Notes under the pieces: model-generated
Database searches by the model: none
Seen by the model: the letters and a program-made list of their open reading frames with translations, nothing else
Told to the model about the DNA's origin: nothing
Program-made: the position numbers and the translations under genes
NCBI GenBank assembly: GCA_002839335.1
Contig: PGXU01000005.1
Span: 28,215 to 92,214, forward strand
Source: Spirochaetae bacterium HGW-Spirochaetae-4
GTDB taxonomy: Bacteria > Spirochaetota > Spirochaetia > Sphaerochaetales > Sphaerochaetaceae
Reading direction: 5' to 3'
DNA length: 64,000 nt
In this document: positions 63,343 to 64,000 of the stretch, one piece after another
Layout of the letters: every line of letters starts with the position of its first letter
How positions within the stretch are numbered: position 1 is the stretch's first letter

Positions 63343-64000
63343 ATGCTTCAATATGTAGCCTATCCTGCATGGATTTCACCGCTAGTAATCCCGGGGCTTC
63401 CAATCCGCTGGTACAGCATGATGTACCTGGTCGCTTTTGGCATCACCTATATCCTGTTTGTCAGGCAACGGAACAAGGGGTTGATCGACTGTTCCAACGA
63501 CGACACCTATACCCTGTTCCTCTTTGTGATCGCAGGCCTGATACTGGGTGCCCGCCTGTTCTCCACCTTGTTTTACGACGGATCCCTGTATTACTGGAAA
63601 CATCCTTGGCTGATTTTCTGGCCGTTCTCAAATGGTCGGTTTGTCGGTCTGCCCGGTATGAGTTATCATGGCGGGTTGGTCGGGGCCGTTGCCGGAGCCT
63701 TGCTGTTCGCCCGCAAATATCGCATGAATTTTCTCGATATCGCCGACACCATGGTGGCGGGTATTCCTTTGGGATATACCTTCGGCAGATTGGGGAATTT
63801 CATCAATGGCGAGCTGTGGGGCAGGGTCTCCACCGTCTCGTGGGCAATGGTTTTTCCAAACGCACCCCCATTCTCGACCAACTACGAGTGGGTCAGGAAC
63901 ATTGCCGATTCGATTGGCATGCAGTATGTCGCTGGGGCGATGGTGAACCTTCCAAGACATCCGAGTCAATTGTATGAAGCGCTGTTCGAAGGCGTTTTGC
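63343..64000 (+). CDS. lgt: Prolipoprotein diacylglyceryl transferase, 3' end beyond the window
   Basis: Not in the ORF track (no stop in the window). My translation from ATG 63343 reads MLQYVAYPAWISPLVIPGLPIRWYSMMYLVAFGITY...MSYHGGLVGAV...GYTFGRLGNFINGELWGR...LPRHPSQLYEALFEG, the hallmark Lgt motifs. Confidence 0.88.
   Translation, partial: MLQYVAYPAWISPLVIPGLPIRWYSMMYLVAFGITYILFVRQRNKGLIDCSNDDTYTLFLFVIAGLILGARLFSTLFYDGSLYYWKHPWLIFWPFSNGRFVGLPGMSYHGGLVGAVAGALLFARKYRMNFLDIADTMVAGIPLGYTFGRLGNFINGELWGRVSTVSWAMVFPNAPPFSTNYEWVRNIADSIGMQYVAGAMVNLPRHPSQLYEALFEGVL

Overview
This window covers the chromosomal replication-origin neighbourhood of a moderately GC-rich bacterium. The gene order looks spirochaete-like, though the taxon cannot be verified here: gyrA-gyrB run leftwards; dnaA-dnaN-recF-DUF721 and rpmH-rnpA-yidC-jag run rightwards; parB-parA sit next to two perfect parS sites; and there is a cyclophilin-FKBP fusion. 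I support 59 CDS, 5 tRNAs (all four tRNA-Ser isoacceptors plus tRNA-Arg-GCG) and an SRP RNA. There is also an oriC with DnaA boxes and a DnaA-trio-like array, a second DnaA-box cluster about 9.5 kb away, and a four-copy GC-rich intergenic repeat family of about 90-115 nt. The left 19 kb is the accessory part. It is a DeoR-associated carbohydrate island with a ribose-type ABC importer, an AraA-like isomerase, a mutarotase-like DUF4432 protein, an unknown 405-aa protein, GlpK, an SDR and a Zn-ADH. These lie upstream of a tightly packed bacterial-microcompartment (BMC) operon: a CcmP-like BMC-T, one BMC-H, four BMC-P, a CoA-acylating aldehyde dehydrogenase, RpiB, an N-terminally extended DeoC aldolase and an Fe-ADH. 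The operon continues past position 1. It fits the bioinformatically defined but, to my knowledge, experimentally uncharacterised sugar-phosphate-utilisation (SPU) class of metabolosomes, and it is the most interesting system here. A 16-bp palindrome that is 15/16 identical to the E. coli deo operator (as I recall that sequence) sits in front of the DeoR gene. I saw no CRISPR array, transposase, integrase or recognisable defence genes. All calls come from reading the sequence and the ORF track by eye; no searches were run.
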